Below, one piece after another: positions 1 through 14,170 of a stretch of DNA of 64,000 nucleotides. Source of the stretch: Octopus bimaculoides (Eukaryota). The notes below the pieces were generated by a model. It ran no database searches and had not been told where the DNA came from. It saw nothing but the letters and a program-made list of their open reading frames with translations. Location: contig NC_068993.1 of NCBI RefSeq assembly GCF_001194135.2, positions 63,864,319-63,928,318 of the forward strand, written 5' to 3'. Both the position numbers and the translations under genes were made by a program. Within the stretch, counting starts at the first letter, position 1. Each line of letters opens with the position of its first letter.

Positions 1-231
1 AGAACTGCCCATATCCTACGTAAAATACTGTCTATGTGATCTCAAATTTTAAAGCAAACACATAATTTTCTTATGGTTTCTTAAACATTCACTTGAACAA
101 AACTGTACAAATCCAAATATATGGTACCCTAGGCATAACACCTACATGAACTTCTAACTTGTTGTCTCTTGAGGTCTCTGGGTGAGACTTGGATCCAACT
201 TGTACAAATGCAAAACAAAAGTCAAACATAA

Positions 232-315
<84 letters not shown>
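232..315. repeat. (AAT)n microsatellite
   Basis: Pure AAT run; source of the poly-I and poly-Y ORFs. Confidence 0.98.
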
Positions 316-316
<1 letters not shown>

Positions 317-817
317 TATTTCCGACAAAAATGCAGCACCTTCTTAAACAAGGATGGAAACACTGGACGATGTAGTCTTAGATACGCATGCAATATAGTA
401 TAGTCATAGTTGAAATGCTTTTATTTAATGTTTACTCAAGGTTTGATTTAGGACTAACCAAAGAACAACACCAACAACGAATCTTTCATTCTGCAGGACT
501 CGATAAAATAAGTCTACGAATTACAAAGATAATCCCCTTGCTTATATTTCACATTTTTTTTTTAACAAATATTTTCGCTGAGTTCTACAGAAATATTTCT
601 ACAGTGTTGACAGCTGTAATCTAGCAAGCATTGATAATTGTGATATATACCAGCTTGTCATTTGGTTAATGTAATATCTCAAGTGATGTGTCGACTGACA
701 ATAGTTCTCCTCTATCAAGAATCCATATGGAAGAAAAGTTTTTAAGATTTTAATCTTAGCCAAGCATTCAGAGGAAAACAAAACAAAACAAAAAAAGACA
801 AGAAAACTATAAGAGAG

Positions 818-831
818 CACGCACGCACACA

Positions 832-929
<98 letters not shown>
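818..929. repeat. (GCAC)n/(CA)n microsatellite
   Basis: Read directly from the sequence. Confidence 0.97.
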
Positions 930-1761
930 ACAGCTGCAGCAGCATAACATCATAACATTTTACTGTTTCGGATAAATGGAATTTTATCATTAGAAATGAT
1001 GTTATATCGACTTAGATTTCAAGTAGAATCGCGAATAGTTTCTGTAAATGTTCTGTCAGTAAGAAACAATTTTCCTTTTGCCATTAGACACCATTAGAGA
1101 CCCTTATGTAATGGGATTTTGAATGGAGACAACGTCTTTGAGATTCAAGACGCAATATGTCCATTGTTGCCACTGATGTCTATTACAGGTGTACTAGCGA
1201 TCGATTTATTTTAATGGAGTAGAAATACTTAAGCAACATTGATCGGAAGATTAATAACTAAAAGAATCAATGGATCAATAAAGAGATATGTAAACGACCA
1301 ATTACGAAACAGTGGCGTTAAATGAATGGGGAAATGATATTTCCATGAAAGAGGTACATCTAAAAATACATTAAATGAATTAACTAATTAATGATTATTC
1401 ATTAAGACAGAAGATCTAATGCTGAAAGAGGAAATATAGAATCGCTTGATTCGATTAGAAGGTCTTAGTGGTTCTTATGTCGCAGTTTAAATGAAAGACA
1501 ACATACTACATCAAATGCCAACCAGATTTGAACTCAGAAAGACAAAATTAAGTTTTGCAATATATTTAAATCGTCTTTTATCTCCGTTATCTATATTACC
1601 CTTAATTAACTATTAACGACTAAATCGAATTTTATATCGCCGACATAATCAATCCATTGTCTTTCATACAAGGATAATTCGATGTGAATGCATTTATTTT
1701 ATGGCGATAATTTTTCGAAATTTTAATTTCATCTTAGGAGGTTGACTTAGTCCTAGCCATT

Positions 1762-1852
1762 TGCGTTATGAGTTCCAATTCTGCCAACATCAGCTTTGCC
1801 TTTCATCCATCCAGGGTGAATAAAGTACAGACAATTACTGGGGACGGTTTAA
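1762..1852 (+). mobile_element. Degenerate SINE fragment, same family as 20285-20525
   Basis: GAGTTCCAATTCTGCC...CTTTGCCTTTCATCC...TACTGGGG aligns by eye to the full copy. Confidence 0.7.
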
Positions 1853-1949
1853 TATTGCTATAAGGCGTCATAGATGTACGTGGTATTATTGAAGTAGACG
1901 ATCTTTCGATTGTATATTGACAATATTTAGATATACAACATCACTATAA

Positions 1950-2160
1950 AGATGTAATTATCCTTCCTCTAGAACTGAATGATTCTCGTTTGAATCTAAT
2001 CTTGAACAATGCATAAATTAAAACATAATATATACCAACAACGGCCGGAGAACGGATCGAAGTTAAAAGACAAATGCAAACATACAATAACTCTATACTT
2101 TCAAGACAAGACTTAGGATGTGAAGAATTAACATCTGGTGTAGTTCTTATACCATTTCTT
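1950..2160 (+). mobile_element. Possible highly decayed Penelope-like RT fragment
   Basis: Broken frames YPSS..LNNA..YIPTT and HTITLYFQDK weakly resemble PLE RT. Confidence 0.3.
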
Positions 2161-4139
2161 TGTTAATCAATTAATATCATATTTCAGTTGGTTAAATATG
2201 TCTGGCACCTCTTATTTTCAATAACTTCTTGTTTTTGTTCTAGAAAATATATAGCTGTTTTATGTCATAAAGACTAATTAATGGAGTTAAATGAAGAACC
2301 GTAGCTGATTAACAGATGTAATATAATTATAAGAATTCAATCCTATTGTTCGTGATTCTACCTTTAAAAATATTTTTGATTAGCTGAAAGTCGCGATAAT
2401 TGACCGTAGAAAGTGTCATTGATATGTGTTCAATGACTATATAGCTTCCTTTTCATATAGAATTGACATTTGAGAACAACAGAAACCGATGAACAAGTCA
2501 AAACTAAGGAGACTCAACGTGGTCGCTCGAGTTGTTAGATGGCTGCAGACTGCCAAAGGGACAAGGGAAAGGATACGCTGGAGAATATATGCTTAGTTAG
2601 CCTAGAAATATAAGGCCCACTCGATAAGCGTTGACTTGAAACTAAGCAACAATAATAACAGCAACAACAATGACGTCATCAATGACATCAATAAAATATA
2701 TTGTATTAATTGACGAGTGATTGGATAATGTTCACAGCTGAGTTGAGATTCCATTTTGGCTATCACAGGCGATAAGTTAGCCTTCATTAGACACTATGTA
2801 ACGTATTTTTCCTTTCAGGATATTTATATAATGCAAGCAGGATTCTGGCAACTGACAGGAGTGGGGTAAAAAAAAAAATAAAATAGAAGATTTAGATATA
2901 GCTAAGATTAAGGTAAATGGGAAGTTGTGATAATCATACTTTTCTGGAAAGGCAGAAAGAAGTAAGGTAATTTCCTTTCGTTCTTTTTATTTCTTTGAAT
3001 GACATCAATCAGGAATCGAAACCAAAGTTACGAACCAATGCACCGGAAGCCTATTCTAGCCTGACGCTACGGCGTTTATGACAGTCCTGAAAATAAATAT
3101 CTGACCTCGGTATCACGAATCTGGAGTGGGAGTAAACCTTTTAGTCAAGCATTCCACTGTTTTATGTAAATTCCTGACATTCCACTATTTAAAAATGAAT
3201 ACTTCTTTTGCCATATTTGTTTCATTTTAAAATTTTAATATTCTGGAGCATGAAACTAAATAAATGAAAGATTTGAAAAATTAAAAGTTATAAGCACACA
3301 AACGCACACGCACACATATGGTCGAACGAATGAATACTCTTGTTTCCTTCTTAATGCGTAAAAATGTCGGAATCCATGTGGTATCAGTTATATATCACAT
3401 AGCTTCTTGGCTTGTATACCTTCAAGAAATTCTGCAGACTCTAAAAATAACCAGTGTTTATACAACTCAATAGAAAAAAAATCGATTTTTATAGACAGTT
3501 AACTTCAGAAGTGCACGCCATTTTTCTGGTTTGTTCTGCAGCATTCATCTAAGGAGTAAGACACCATTTTTGGTTGGAAATCAATCTTGTAGAAAATATC
3601 ATAGGTTTACTTTTTTTTTTTTATTAATGTATAAATGCGTATTATAAGAATTAATTTCGAATTAAGCTGAATCCTGCTTGAGGCAATAGAATGAATAGCT
3701 TGTTGGTGTCGGACAAATGTAAACATAAGTCAAGAGAGATTAAGGAAAACATACAGAACTGAAAGTTCTCATCTAGCAAAGAGTACTCATTGAAGCATTC
3801 ACTAAACTAAATTAACTTATATTCATTTGAGTACAGTATTATAAAGGTTACTTTTAAAGTAAGCATCAAAGAACTCGATCAAAGACAACATATGATATAG
3901 CTTCAGACAAGATAAAATGATTTACAGTTGTGTGAGCTTGGCAGCACAGCTATTCATCACACGGTGAGGCTTTTTAGGCTAAGACAGATAAGCTAATGCA
4001 AAGAGCAAATACGCACACACACACACACAAACACATCCATATACGTATACACACGCGCAAACACACATATACGTATTAGATACATATATGCATGTGCTTG
4101 TGTTTGCGCTGTGAGTGTGTGTGTGAGTATATATTAGTA

Positions 4140-4249
4140 CACAGATCCTTGTAGGTATATATATATTGATATATACATACAAAACTTATATATATGTATT
4201 TATGATGATTTTCCTGCGTACATACCAATATGTATCCATCCATCTATCC

Positions 4250-4330
<81 letters not shown>

Positions 4331-5152
4331 ACTAACTATCTATCTATCTATCTATCTGTATATATATATATATGTATATATATATATGTATATATATGTA
4401 TATATATATATATATATANNNNNNNNNNNNNNNNNNNNNNNNNNNNNNNNNNNNNNNNNNNNNNNNNNNNNNNNNNNNNNNNNNNNNNNNNNNNNNNNNN
4501 NNNNNNNNNNNNNNNNNNNNNNNNNNNNNNNNNNNNNNNNNNNNNNNNNNNNNNNNNNNNNNNNNNNNNNNNNNNNNNNNNNNNNNNNNNNNNNNNNNNN
4601 NNNNNNNNNNNNNNNNNNNNNNNNNNNNNNNNNNNNNNNNNNNNNNNNNNNNNNNNNNNNNNNNNNNNNNNNNNNNNNNNNNNNNNNNNNNNNNNNNNNN
4701 NNNNNNNNNNNNNNNNNNNNNNNNNNNNNNNNNNNNNNNNNNNNNNNNNNNNNNNNNNNNNNNNNNNNNNNNNNNNNNNNNNNNNNNNNNNNNNNNNNNN
4801 NNNNNNNNNNNNNNNNNNNNNNNNNNNNNNNNNNNNNNNNNNNNNNNNNNNNNNNNNNNNNNNNNNNNNNNNNNNNNNNNNNNNNNNNNNNNNNNNNNNN
4901 NNNNNNNNNNNNNNNNNNNNNNNNNNNNNNNNNNNNNNNNNNNNNNNNNNNNNNNNNNNNNNNNNNNNNNNNNNNNNNNNNNNNNNNNNNNNNNNNNNNN
5001 NNNNNNNNNNNNNNNNNNNNNNNNNNNNNNNNNNNNNNNNNNNNNNNNNNNNNNNNNNNNNNNNNNNNNNNNNNNNNNNNNNNNNNNNNNNNNNNNNNNN
5101 NNNNNNNNNNNNNNNNNNNNNNNNNNACACACACACACACACAAACACACAC

Positions 5153-5190
<38 letters not shown>

Positions 5191-5810
5191 GCACACACAC
5201 ACACAAAACAGACTTCTGGGAAATGAAGTGAGAAATGTTTGCGACAGCAGTTCGCCGTTGTGCACGCGCTGGTATACCTGCTAAATGAGTACCTGACTGT
5301 ACGTATCTGGTGCGTGTGCAAGACTCCGTATGTGTGTGAGTGTGAAAGGGTTGAACGCATTCAGCTCGCTAGTGCGTATGTGCGTGTGCACTTTGGTGTA
5401 TATATGTGGTGCGTGTGTGCGTATATGTGCGTTAGTCCCTACTGTGTTTGTGTATGTATGCGTACGTATTTGGTGTGCATGCGTGTATGTTTGTATGTGT
5501 ATGAATACGCTTGGTATGTGTGTATATGGGAATCTGTATTTGCTGTACTTGTGAGTGTATACGTGTGTATGTATGTATGTATGTAAGCATGTATGTATGT
5601 ATGAGTGCAATGGAGTGTGCGAACCTGCATGAATCGATGTATGTATGTTTACATCTGGCGTGTATGTACATGCGTACCTCTGGTATTTGCTTGTCTGTGG
5701 CTACGTTTAGGGTGTGTTCTACTTTTGGGATGTGTTCTTGTGCGAACACATATGAGATGGGTGTTTGAGTATGTGTGTGTACTGATGTGGTGGTGTGATG
5801 TGTGTGTTGC
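4140..5810. repeat. Compound (TATC)n/(TA)n/(CA)n and TG-rich low-complexity block around an N gap (about 4419-5126)
   Basis: Read directly; explains all the X-filled ORFs here. Confidence 0.95.
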
Positions 5811-7337
5811 CACATGGTAACAACAGCACCATAGAGATAACCAAATTTGTTGTTGGATTAAGATTTGGCGATGCTAGGGAAGAAGGAAAGGAAAGTATAT
5901 ATACGCTTATACATACATGTACGCGTATACATACTCCAATCATGAAAGAGTACAGAAAATACATAAGGCTGGAAAGTCTGGGTGGATCAGGTCCGTGTGT
6001 GCATCGGCGGCTAATTACCTTGCCCTTGCTTTTTTCTTTCTCGGTACATTCAAGATCACATTACACATACGTTCTTGAGGCTGCAGGGTATGATTTGAGA
6101 CATATTTGATGGCTATTTTTAGCATGACAATGAGGCTAAAAAAATTGAATGTACCGAGAAAGAAAAATTGTATTGAAAATAATTGGCTGATTTTAGTCAT
6201 AGGTCTGTTTGCTTAAGGCCGGGAACGTCAACGTATTAAAGTCGAATGAAATCCACGAAAATATATCGGTTTCAGATACTCAACCGCTTCATTCTGAACC
6301 GTCCCACAAACCTGACTTCCCCCTCGGAGGTTGTGTTTTTCCTTTTCCTTACTCGATTGTTATTTCAAAGTGCATGAGAAGTGTCATATATTTTATAAAC
6401 TTTATGTCACTAAACCATCAAACATCCGTCTACACTTCCACTTTATCGAAGCTTAATTTTGAGCTTTACCAATTCTATTGATTTTTGAAATAGTCACATG
6501 ACTCAAAATTTGGAGTGAATCAGAATCTCAGGAGATTAAATCAATCTCAATACTTAACCGAAACTGTATTTTATCGATCTCGAAAAGGATGAAAGACAAT
6601 TCCAAGTTGTACGCCTGTTAAGCTGGACTTTGTTTTCCTACCTCAGATGTCAGAACTGCAAGGAAGCTCCAAGGTTACTAAAATAGATTTTGTTAACTAG
6701 TGTCTCCTCTTCTTGCAATAATTGCTTTTCTTTCTGCTCAAGAGAATTCAATTAAAATGTTCTTTCGGGCGTTTGAGATGGATAATGCTTTAAAACATCA
6801 GATTATATTTTCTTAGAGTTAACTTTTCCGTTGTTTTCAAATTTTGCTCAGATCTTCTTTCCTCTCATTCTTAAGATCGAAACATTATCTATCCAGTCAC
6901 TGGCATCGAACCATTTATATGAGATACTTACATTTTAGGTGTTATGTGAGTACTATACATTCATCAAAATGGTAAATTTAATAATAATTCCGCTCTTGTA
7001 TTATAATCTGGTCGCAATAGTTTTCAGGCCTGCTTACGCAGATTCAGAAACAAGCATTAATTCGAGCTGAGTTGTCTTATTTATTGAAATAACCTTAAGT
7101 TTGTAATATTTATACGAGGATCGTAGGTTCCGCACAGAAGCAAATACTGTGATCATAATCTCCATAATTCACTTATTTACACTTAAAAGTGGACAACGCA
7201 AGCCGCCACTACTTCCATGAGATGTTACTCTTTTCTTTGTAACCAACTACTTTCGAAATAAAGTATTTTGCCAAATCGAAAAATATCAATAATGTTGGTT
7301 TCTAACATTTGCAGAAGGTTATGAATATTGGGTGACG

Positions 7338-7442
7338 GAATCAATCAATCAGCCTCGATACAGCACTGGTTTATATTTTACTGAATCCAAAATGATTAAA
7401 GGCAAAGTCTATCCCCTCCGATCAAATTTGAGCTCACAATAT
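7338..7442 (-). mobile_element. Degenerate SINE fragment
   Basis: GATTAAAGGCAAAGTCTA...AAATTTGAGCTCACAA is a reverse-complement match to the SINE core. Confidence 0.65.
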
Positions 7443-7579
7443 CAAGAAACATAATTAGATGCCGAGATCAATTTTATTCAGTGTTCTATCAATTCTGCCA
7501 CCGCAAGGATATTTGTCAGCACTCCACTTTCTCTTAATGTTAAAACTTGTATAGATAGGACCTTCCTTAGTTTAGGGGT

Positions 7580-7985
7580 TAAGCATTTTTCAGGGAAACA
7601 TTGGTGCAGGGAAACTTTAATCATACCTTGAGGGTCTATTTTAGCTGTGCAGCTAACACGAAGAAAATTTTATCTCTATTACAGGGATAGGTTGCTCATG
7701 CAAAGGTAACACCACATGGCCACTAATGTGTTAATGCAATGGAGAGACCATCGTGTATGAGCCGGAGATAGTCTTGAAGGATTCCAGTGGGGTGACGAAT
7801 ATACAGAAATATATGAACATAATGGAAGGCCCTTTCAAGGTCAGGTTCAACAACAACAAGCTGCCATTTAATATCCAAGAGGAGCATAAAATTCTAAAAT
7901 TAATGAAAACTTCATGGATATTAAAGGAAAACGCTTCACACATAACATCGAGTACTAGAAATCTGCAGAATTTACCTTAACAGTA
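7580..7985 (+). mobile_element. Penelope-like element, linker plus GIY-YIG endonuclease fragment (pseudogenised)
   Basis: KHFSGKH / NFNHTLRVYFSCAANTKKIL / GCSCKGNHTWPLMC*CNGETIVYEPEIV...KYMNIMEGPFKVRFNNNKLPFN...WILKEN follows the PLE pattern CxC..CPL..C..IVY..YIG.T..FK.R..NH..W.LKE. Confidence 0.8.
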
Positions 7986-8949
7986 GAAGACAGCAAAGGA
8001 AAATTTAGCTCCAATGTTTAGTAAACCGAACGTTCATTTAGAAGACTGGGCTTTTGCTTAGCTGCTTTTTTCAGCAGTACTTCATCCTTATGCAAACTTA
8101 CTAAGAAAGGCATTCCGGCCATGACCATCTTGTCCTCGTGCTATCTAAAACTGTATTATCTAAAAAAAGACCTTACCATTTCCAGACACTGAGAATTTTT
8201 ATGATGGAATGCTGCTGTTATTTCTTTCACACCTGATTTATCATAAATACGATTGTTTTGGCAGATCTCAGTCATTCAATAACATTACGTGCAACCCTAG
8301 CTTATCAAACTTATTTGTGAGACATTTAGCTTTCGAAATAATTATAAAATAACATTTCCTGATCACAACCACGGATATCAAATAAACCGTTTTAATCTCT
8401 ATTTTATTCGTTACACTTCCTTTAGATTTTAGTTTGTTAGAAATTTTACTAAATTTCTGGGAAACATTTCATGGCTAAACTAACGATTGGTTTATTACCG
8501 TCCTTGCTATATTTCGAGTCGTACACGTCATTTTGTTGGAGAAATTGTAAGAAAATTTAAGCCATAAATAATACTTTTCTAAAACTATTCTGTTTTACTT
8601 GCAAATTCATTGCCGCAGTTCTAAGTGATTTGTTTATTTATTTTATTGAAAATGTCGCTTTTTCTAATAGGTCCAATTTCAAAACTGTTACCACAGCAAG
8701 ATAGATGATTATTGCAACGTTGTTATATTAGAAACTGACACGTAATTCTCTCAAGCGCTAATATAATTCTGTAAAGCCATATGATCGATTTGGAATTGTA
8801 AACTAGCAGCAGCAGCAAAAGTAATAGCAATGATAATGATAACAACAATAACAATAATAGTAATAATAATAATAATGGTATAAAAGATGGGCTACAGCAA
8901 ATATTCTGCTCAATACCACAGATTTGCTTGTCAGTTGCTTGACCATAAA

Positions 8950-9290
8950 CCAGTTGAGAATGTCCCTTAGTGGCTGACGAGTTGTACATCTCGAGTCACG
9001 AACAGAAGTAGTGGTGGGGGAGCATCGTAGCCATGTCTTGGGAGGAATTCTTTGGGGTTTGAATAATTCACTTCCGGAAACATGGGTGTTTTCTTCATCA
9101 TCCATCTTGGATTTCGTGCAGTCACTCCGTTTCATCAATATTCTCTAGAGGTGGTCCCAGATCCCGCCCCAGAATGCCCTGCTTTCCTCTGCATCTGGCA
9201 TCTTTGTGACGTGTAATTTCCCATCTAGTTCCTGAAACTACACAAAGACGCAGGGTCTCTCGCTCTCAGTATTGGATGGCCGTTGACTAT
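8950..9290. repeat. Interspersed repeat remnant, unclassified
   Basis: GC-elevated block containing GAGGAATTCTTTGGGGTTTGAATAATTCAC, recalled as a common octopus repeat; no ORF. Confidence 0.4.
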
Positions 9291-9475
9291 ACTCAGTTTA
9301 TCCACCCTTTGACAGAAGTGTAATTCTGGATGGTGTCCAACAAAAGCCTCCCTTCTTACTAAGTAAGTTTGGTAGTGTTGTCAGTTTAGTCGCCGATGGA
9401 TCGACCATATAACTGGTTCTTTTGGGGTCACATATTGCCAGTAGCACGAAGGGTGAACTGACATATATAATATGC

Positions 9476-9519
<44 letters not shown>

Positions 9520-10019
9520 CTGTTCAAGCATGTAATTTTGCATATGTCGTGCATAACGAGTTATTTAGATACACACATGTATAATTTGCTTATGATATTG
9601 TAGTTCCATAAATGTACAGATGTAACTGAAATTATTTAAATGGATAACGTTTTAATGAAGAAAAATATTAATTGTATAAATGATAAACGAGTAAAATAAT
9701 CATTAAGAATAGTACTCAAATATAATTAAAGCTTAATTGTGCTTCGTTCTAATTTTCCACAAGTTTTGACTGTTTTTCAATAGTAAATTATTGAAAATTG
9801 AGAATTCACACACTCACAAGGATAGAAAAATCACTACGAAAATGTAGAGATTTGTATTCACACACACAAAAAAAATCATAGAGGTACATACAGATACACA
9901 CACAAGCACACACACATTCACACACACACACACACAAGCACACACACACGTCCACACACACAAGCACACACACATTCACACACTCACACATACACACTCA
10001 CATACATACACACATAACT

Positions 10020-10400
10020 TAAATCGGTCTCGGCCATTATGGGCCCAGGCCATGACTAATCTAACAGAACCACCTGGAGAGGTCTTTTAAGTCATGTTTC
10101 GAGACCCCAACGACTACTCGAGCAATGGTTAGCATAGAGGTATCCAAGGGTTGGTGGCTTGTCTTGTACTACTTGCAAGAATTTGTCCAGGTTGCTTTTG
10201 AAAGTTGTATGATCATTTTCTACTTTAATTGCTTTCGGGATGAGGTTGAATAAAATAGAACCAATTAAGGCAAAACGTATATTGTGTCGCAATGATTTTA
10301 CGTGATATGAACTCGACTATTGTAGGAGGCATATGGCACGAAGACCTAGCTTTGGGTGACTCGTAAACTCAATACCGATATTGCTTGGATAATATCGGGG
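10020..10400 (-). mobile_element. CR1/L2-like LINE 3' end (RT C-terminus and 3' UTR)
   Basis: RHNIRFALIGSILFNLIPKAIKVENDHTTFKSNLDKFLQVVQDKPPTLGY matches the LFN.LP..I....FK..LD.FL tail typical of these LINEs. Confidence 0.8.
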
Positions 10401-11089
10401 GAGTATTTTCCTCATTGTACAAATAAGAGAATTTAAAATGGAAAGAAGGGAAATTTATAAAGTCGAATAAGAAATATTCTAAATTCTAAAGAAGGAAAAT
10501 TTCTTAAGATGTTTGAAAGTAAAACCCTGTATATCTTGGTTAAGTTAAGAAGAACTGAAAAGCTATAGCAGTAGGGACTATACAGAGTGGTAGAAGATTA
10601 TATATATAAAAAAAACTAAAAGAAAGCGGTGGAGTACTTTACTGAATAACTTCTATAAGGCGAGATAAAAAAAAACTTAGAATGATTCAGATAAAAAAAA
10701 AAGAATAACAATTGCATAGCGTCTGAATAATAAAACAAAATAGAAACAAATTAAAAAATCTGAGTAAAAATGTAAAGAAATGAAAAAAATACAGAAAAAT
10801 AGTGTCACACATATTTGCCATTGAAATTATGTGGAAGAAATTTGTTAGAATTGGGTGGCAAGAATGCTTAAGTAGAAATGATTCCGGAAGCAACAACGTT
10901 GTTAGAAATGTCAACACTCAACGTAAAGGTACGCAGATATTTATGTCTTGTGAAAAATGCATCGATTCGCAACATTATATCGTGAGACACCAGAATTAAT
11001 TTTAAATATATTGAGAATATTGATAAAAAAAAATAATGTTAGAGACTTGTTGCTCTTAAAATTGTCTGTTGGCTAAAGAAAACAAAATC

Positions 11090-11259
11090 TCTTCTTCTTC
11101 TTCTTCTTCTTCTTCTTCTTCTTCTTCTTCTTCTTCTTCTTCTTCTTCTTCTTCTTCTTCTTCTTCTTCTTCTTCTTCTTCTTCTTCTTCTTCTTCTTCT
11201 TCTTCTTCTTCTTCTTCTTCTTCTTCTTCTTCTTCGTCTTCTTCTTCTTCTTATTATTA

Positions 11260-11298
<39 letters not shown>
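11090..11298. repeat. (TCT)n of about 160 bp followed by (ATT)n
   Basis: Read directly; one TCG interruption. Confidence 0.98.
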
Positions 11299-11329
11299 GT
11301 AAGGCGGTGAGCTGTCAGAATTGCTGACT

Positions 11330-11850
11330 TGTGAGGTCATATCGAACAGCTGCTGTCACGTGTGGGATGGATCCGTTTATCGGCCAAACATTTAATGATG
11401 ATCACATCACCACCCTCCTTCAGTCGGGCAGACAAAGCAGTTTCCCTTTGCCTTGTGGCTGCGGCGAAAGAGGTTGCTTGGTGGACAAAGGTGAAAGGCA
11501 TGGGGACAGATACAGCTCTCTCATTGATTTTTTCAAGTTTCACTTGGAAAGGAAATTGAGAGTGGAGAGGGAAGTGCTGTCCTCGAGTGAGTTTATTGAA
11601 AGGTGAGTGAAAGTTGCGAAAATGGCAAGAGTGGATGGTACCTCTCTAAGTGTAGACCTGAGAGTCCGAGGGAAGCATTTGGAGATGGCACTTGCTCCTG
11701 GGGTTTCAGGGAAATCTCCGACAGTGGGGTTCCCGATTATCCCTAAAGGCATTCCTGTATCAGGAGGGCCTCATCTCTATCATCATCCTCGCCCTTTTTT
11801 GCCTTAAACCTTTGTACGCTATGCATATGTCCCTTCTTTTCCTGTGTATG
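11330..11850 (+). mobile_element. L1/Tx1-like LINE ORF2 C-terminus and 3' UTR, 5'-truncated
   Basis: EQLLSRVGWIRLSAKHLMMITSPPSFSRADKAVSLCLVAAAKEVAWWTKVKG / LIDFFKFHLERKLRVEREVLSSSEFIER*VKVAKMARVDGT, with one frameshift and a W-to-stop change; GC above background. Confidence 0.75.
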
Positions 11851-11859
11851 CCGTGTAGA

Positions 11860-11902
11860 CTTACTTTCTTTCTTCCTTCCTTCCTTCATTCCTTCCTTCC
11901 TC

Positions 11903-11950
<48 letters not shown>

Positions 11951-12158
11951 TATCATTTCATTATATGTAATGCCCCATACTTTATGTCTGTCTTTGTATT
12001 GTCCCACTCATCCTTCGCCCTTGTACCAAATATATGAATTCATCATCATCATCATCCTCATCATCATCATGATCATCATCCTTATCATTATCATCACCAT
12101 CCTTCTTCTTCTTCTTCTTCTTCTTGTAGCAGTAGCTGCATCATCATCATCATCCTCC

Positions 12159-12215
<57 letters not shown>

Positions 12216-12664
12216 GAAGCAGCAGTAGTAGTAGTAGTAGTAGTAGTAGGTTTTCATGTACGTTGATCCAAAAGATGAAAATGTTTTGTGCCTTTTCTGC
12301 CGTTGACCCACAACCTCATCGAGAAGCAAAAGTGCAACACAGNNNNNNNNNNNNNNNNNNNNNNNNNNNNNNNNNNNNNNNNNNNNNNNNNNNNNNNNNN
12401 NNNNNNNNNNNNNNNNNNNNNNNNNNNNNNNNNNNNNNNNNNNNNNNNNNNNNNNNNNNNNNNNNNNNNNNNNNNNNNNNNNNNNNNNNNNNNNNNNNNN
12501 NNNNNNNNNNNNNNNNNNNNNNNNNNNNNNNNNNNNNNNNNNNNNNNNNNNNNNNNNNNNNNNNNNNNNTATTAGCAACCAGCAGCACCACCACAACAAC
12601 AATATTAATAATAATAATAATAATAATAATAACAACAGCAACAACAACAATAATAATAGTAATG

Positions 12665-12726
<62 letters not shown>

Positions 12727-13144
12727 TATAAATTGAAAAATTTCTTTAATCTTACAATCTCCATCACTTTAATACCTTTTTTTTCTCTTTATTTCTGATT
12801 TGATTTTCATTCTTTGTTTTAAATTCTTGGACATTTCCATTAAAAATCCTTGATTAATCAGGCCCACCTTACCCTACATTCCTCTTCTTTCGGTTGAAAA
12901 ACAATAAATCAGTGTATTTCTACAATTCTTCCATTTTATTCTTTTTTTCCAGTTCCTCGTCGTTTTTATTCTTTTATATTGTAACTTTTATAAAATGAAC
13001 AAAAAAAAAAGAGAAACAAAATAACAAAAACAAACACCCCAAAAGAACCAGTGAAACGAACTAAAAGTTCCCTAAAACAAATGAAAAATTTGAAAAGGAA
13101 CATGTATAGTAATGATGATGCTAATGATGATGATGATGTTTATT

Positions 13145-13209
<65 letters not shown>

Positions 13210-14170
13210 GACGATGATGACGATGATAATGATGATGATGATAATAATAATAATAATGACAATGATAAAATTAGAATTATGTTATTAATAAAAATAATAA
13301 TTATGAAGATAATTAATGATGTCGGGGATGCAGATGGGTAGAATGCATACAACAATAATATCCGTGATGACGATGATGATGATAATGATGGTAATGGTGA
13401 GGATGACGATGATGATGATCATCATCATGATCAAAACAATGATGATGAGGACGAAGTTGATGTTAACGATGGTAATGATGAAAATGATGATGATGTTCGT
13501 GATGATGAAATAATAAAATGCACACCTAAAATGTTCCAGTAATTAACTGGCAAGTCGCAAGAGGTTAAAGACAGCATGTTGGCAAAAATAAAAACAAAGA
13601 AAAAACANNNNNNNNNNNNNNNNNNNNNNNNNNNNNNNNNNNNNNNNNNNNNNNNNNNNNNNNNNNNNNNNNNNNNNNNNNNNNNNNNNNNNNNNNNNNN
13701 NNNNNNNNNNNNNNNNNNNNNNNNNNNNNNNNNNNNNNNNNNNAATGCAGATGATTTAAAATCCCGAAAACAACCTGAAACATCTCGAGTTTCTTTTCTT
13801 ATTCTTTTTACTTATTTATTAATTTTTTGATAAGTGTCTTTTTTTTGTTTGTTTTTGTTTACACCTTTTAAAAATGTTGTTTGCTAAGATTGAAAAAGAA
13901 AAGAAAAAGATGCACAGCAGCAATAGTTTCAGTTGCAAAAACAAAAGCTGCAACGACAGAAATTACGACTACTACTGCTACTGCTGCTGCTGCTGCTGCT
14001 GTTTCTTCTTCTTCTGCTGCTGCTGCTGTAGCTGCTTCTGCTGCTGTAGCTGCTTCTGCTTCTGCTGCTGCTTCTGCTTCTGCTGCTGCTGCTTCTGCTG
14101 CTGCTGTATTTTGACTATTGTAATGACAAAGTGTGATGATGATGGTGATGATGATGATGATGAGACGAGG
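11860..14170. repeat. Dense tri- and tetranucleotide arrays (TTTC, CAT, CAG, TAG, AAT, ATG, CTG) with two N gaps
   Basis: Read directly; the poly-S/A/M/I ORFs have no splice or coding support. Confidence 0.9.

Noticed and set aside
4166-5360. Long ORFs of 280-370 aa, and similar ones at 12.2, 15.3, 34.5, 45.5, 47 and 58 kb
   Set aside because: They span N gaps and dinucleotide repeats, so they are artefacts.
6647-6673. Good acceptor followed by ATGTCAGAACTGCAAGG
   Set aside because: Donor GTTACT is poor and the frame soon closes.
7685-7706. Apparent micro-exon (TTACAG...AAG|GTAACC)
   Set aside because: It lies inside the Penelope endonuclease fossil.
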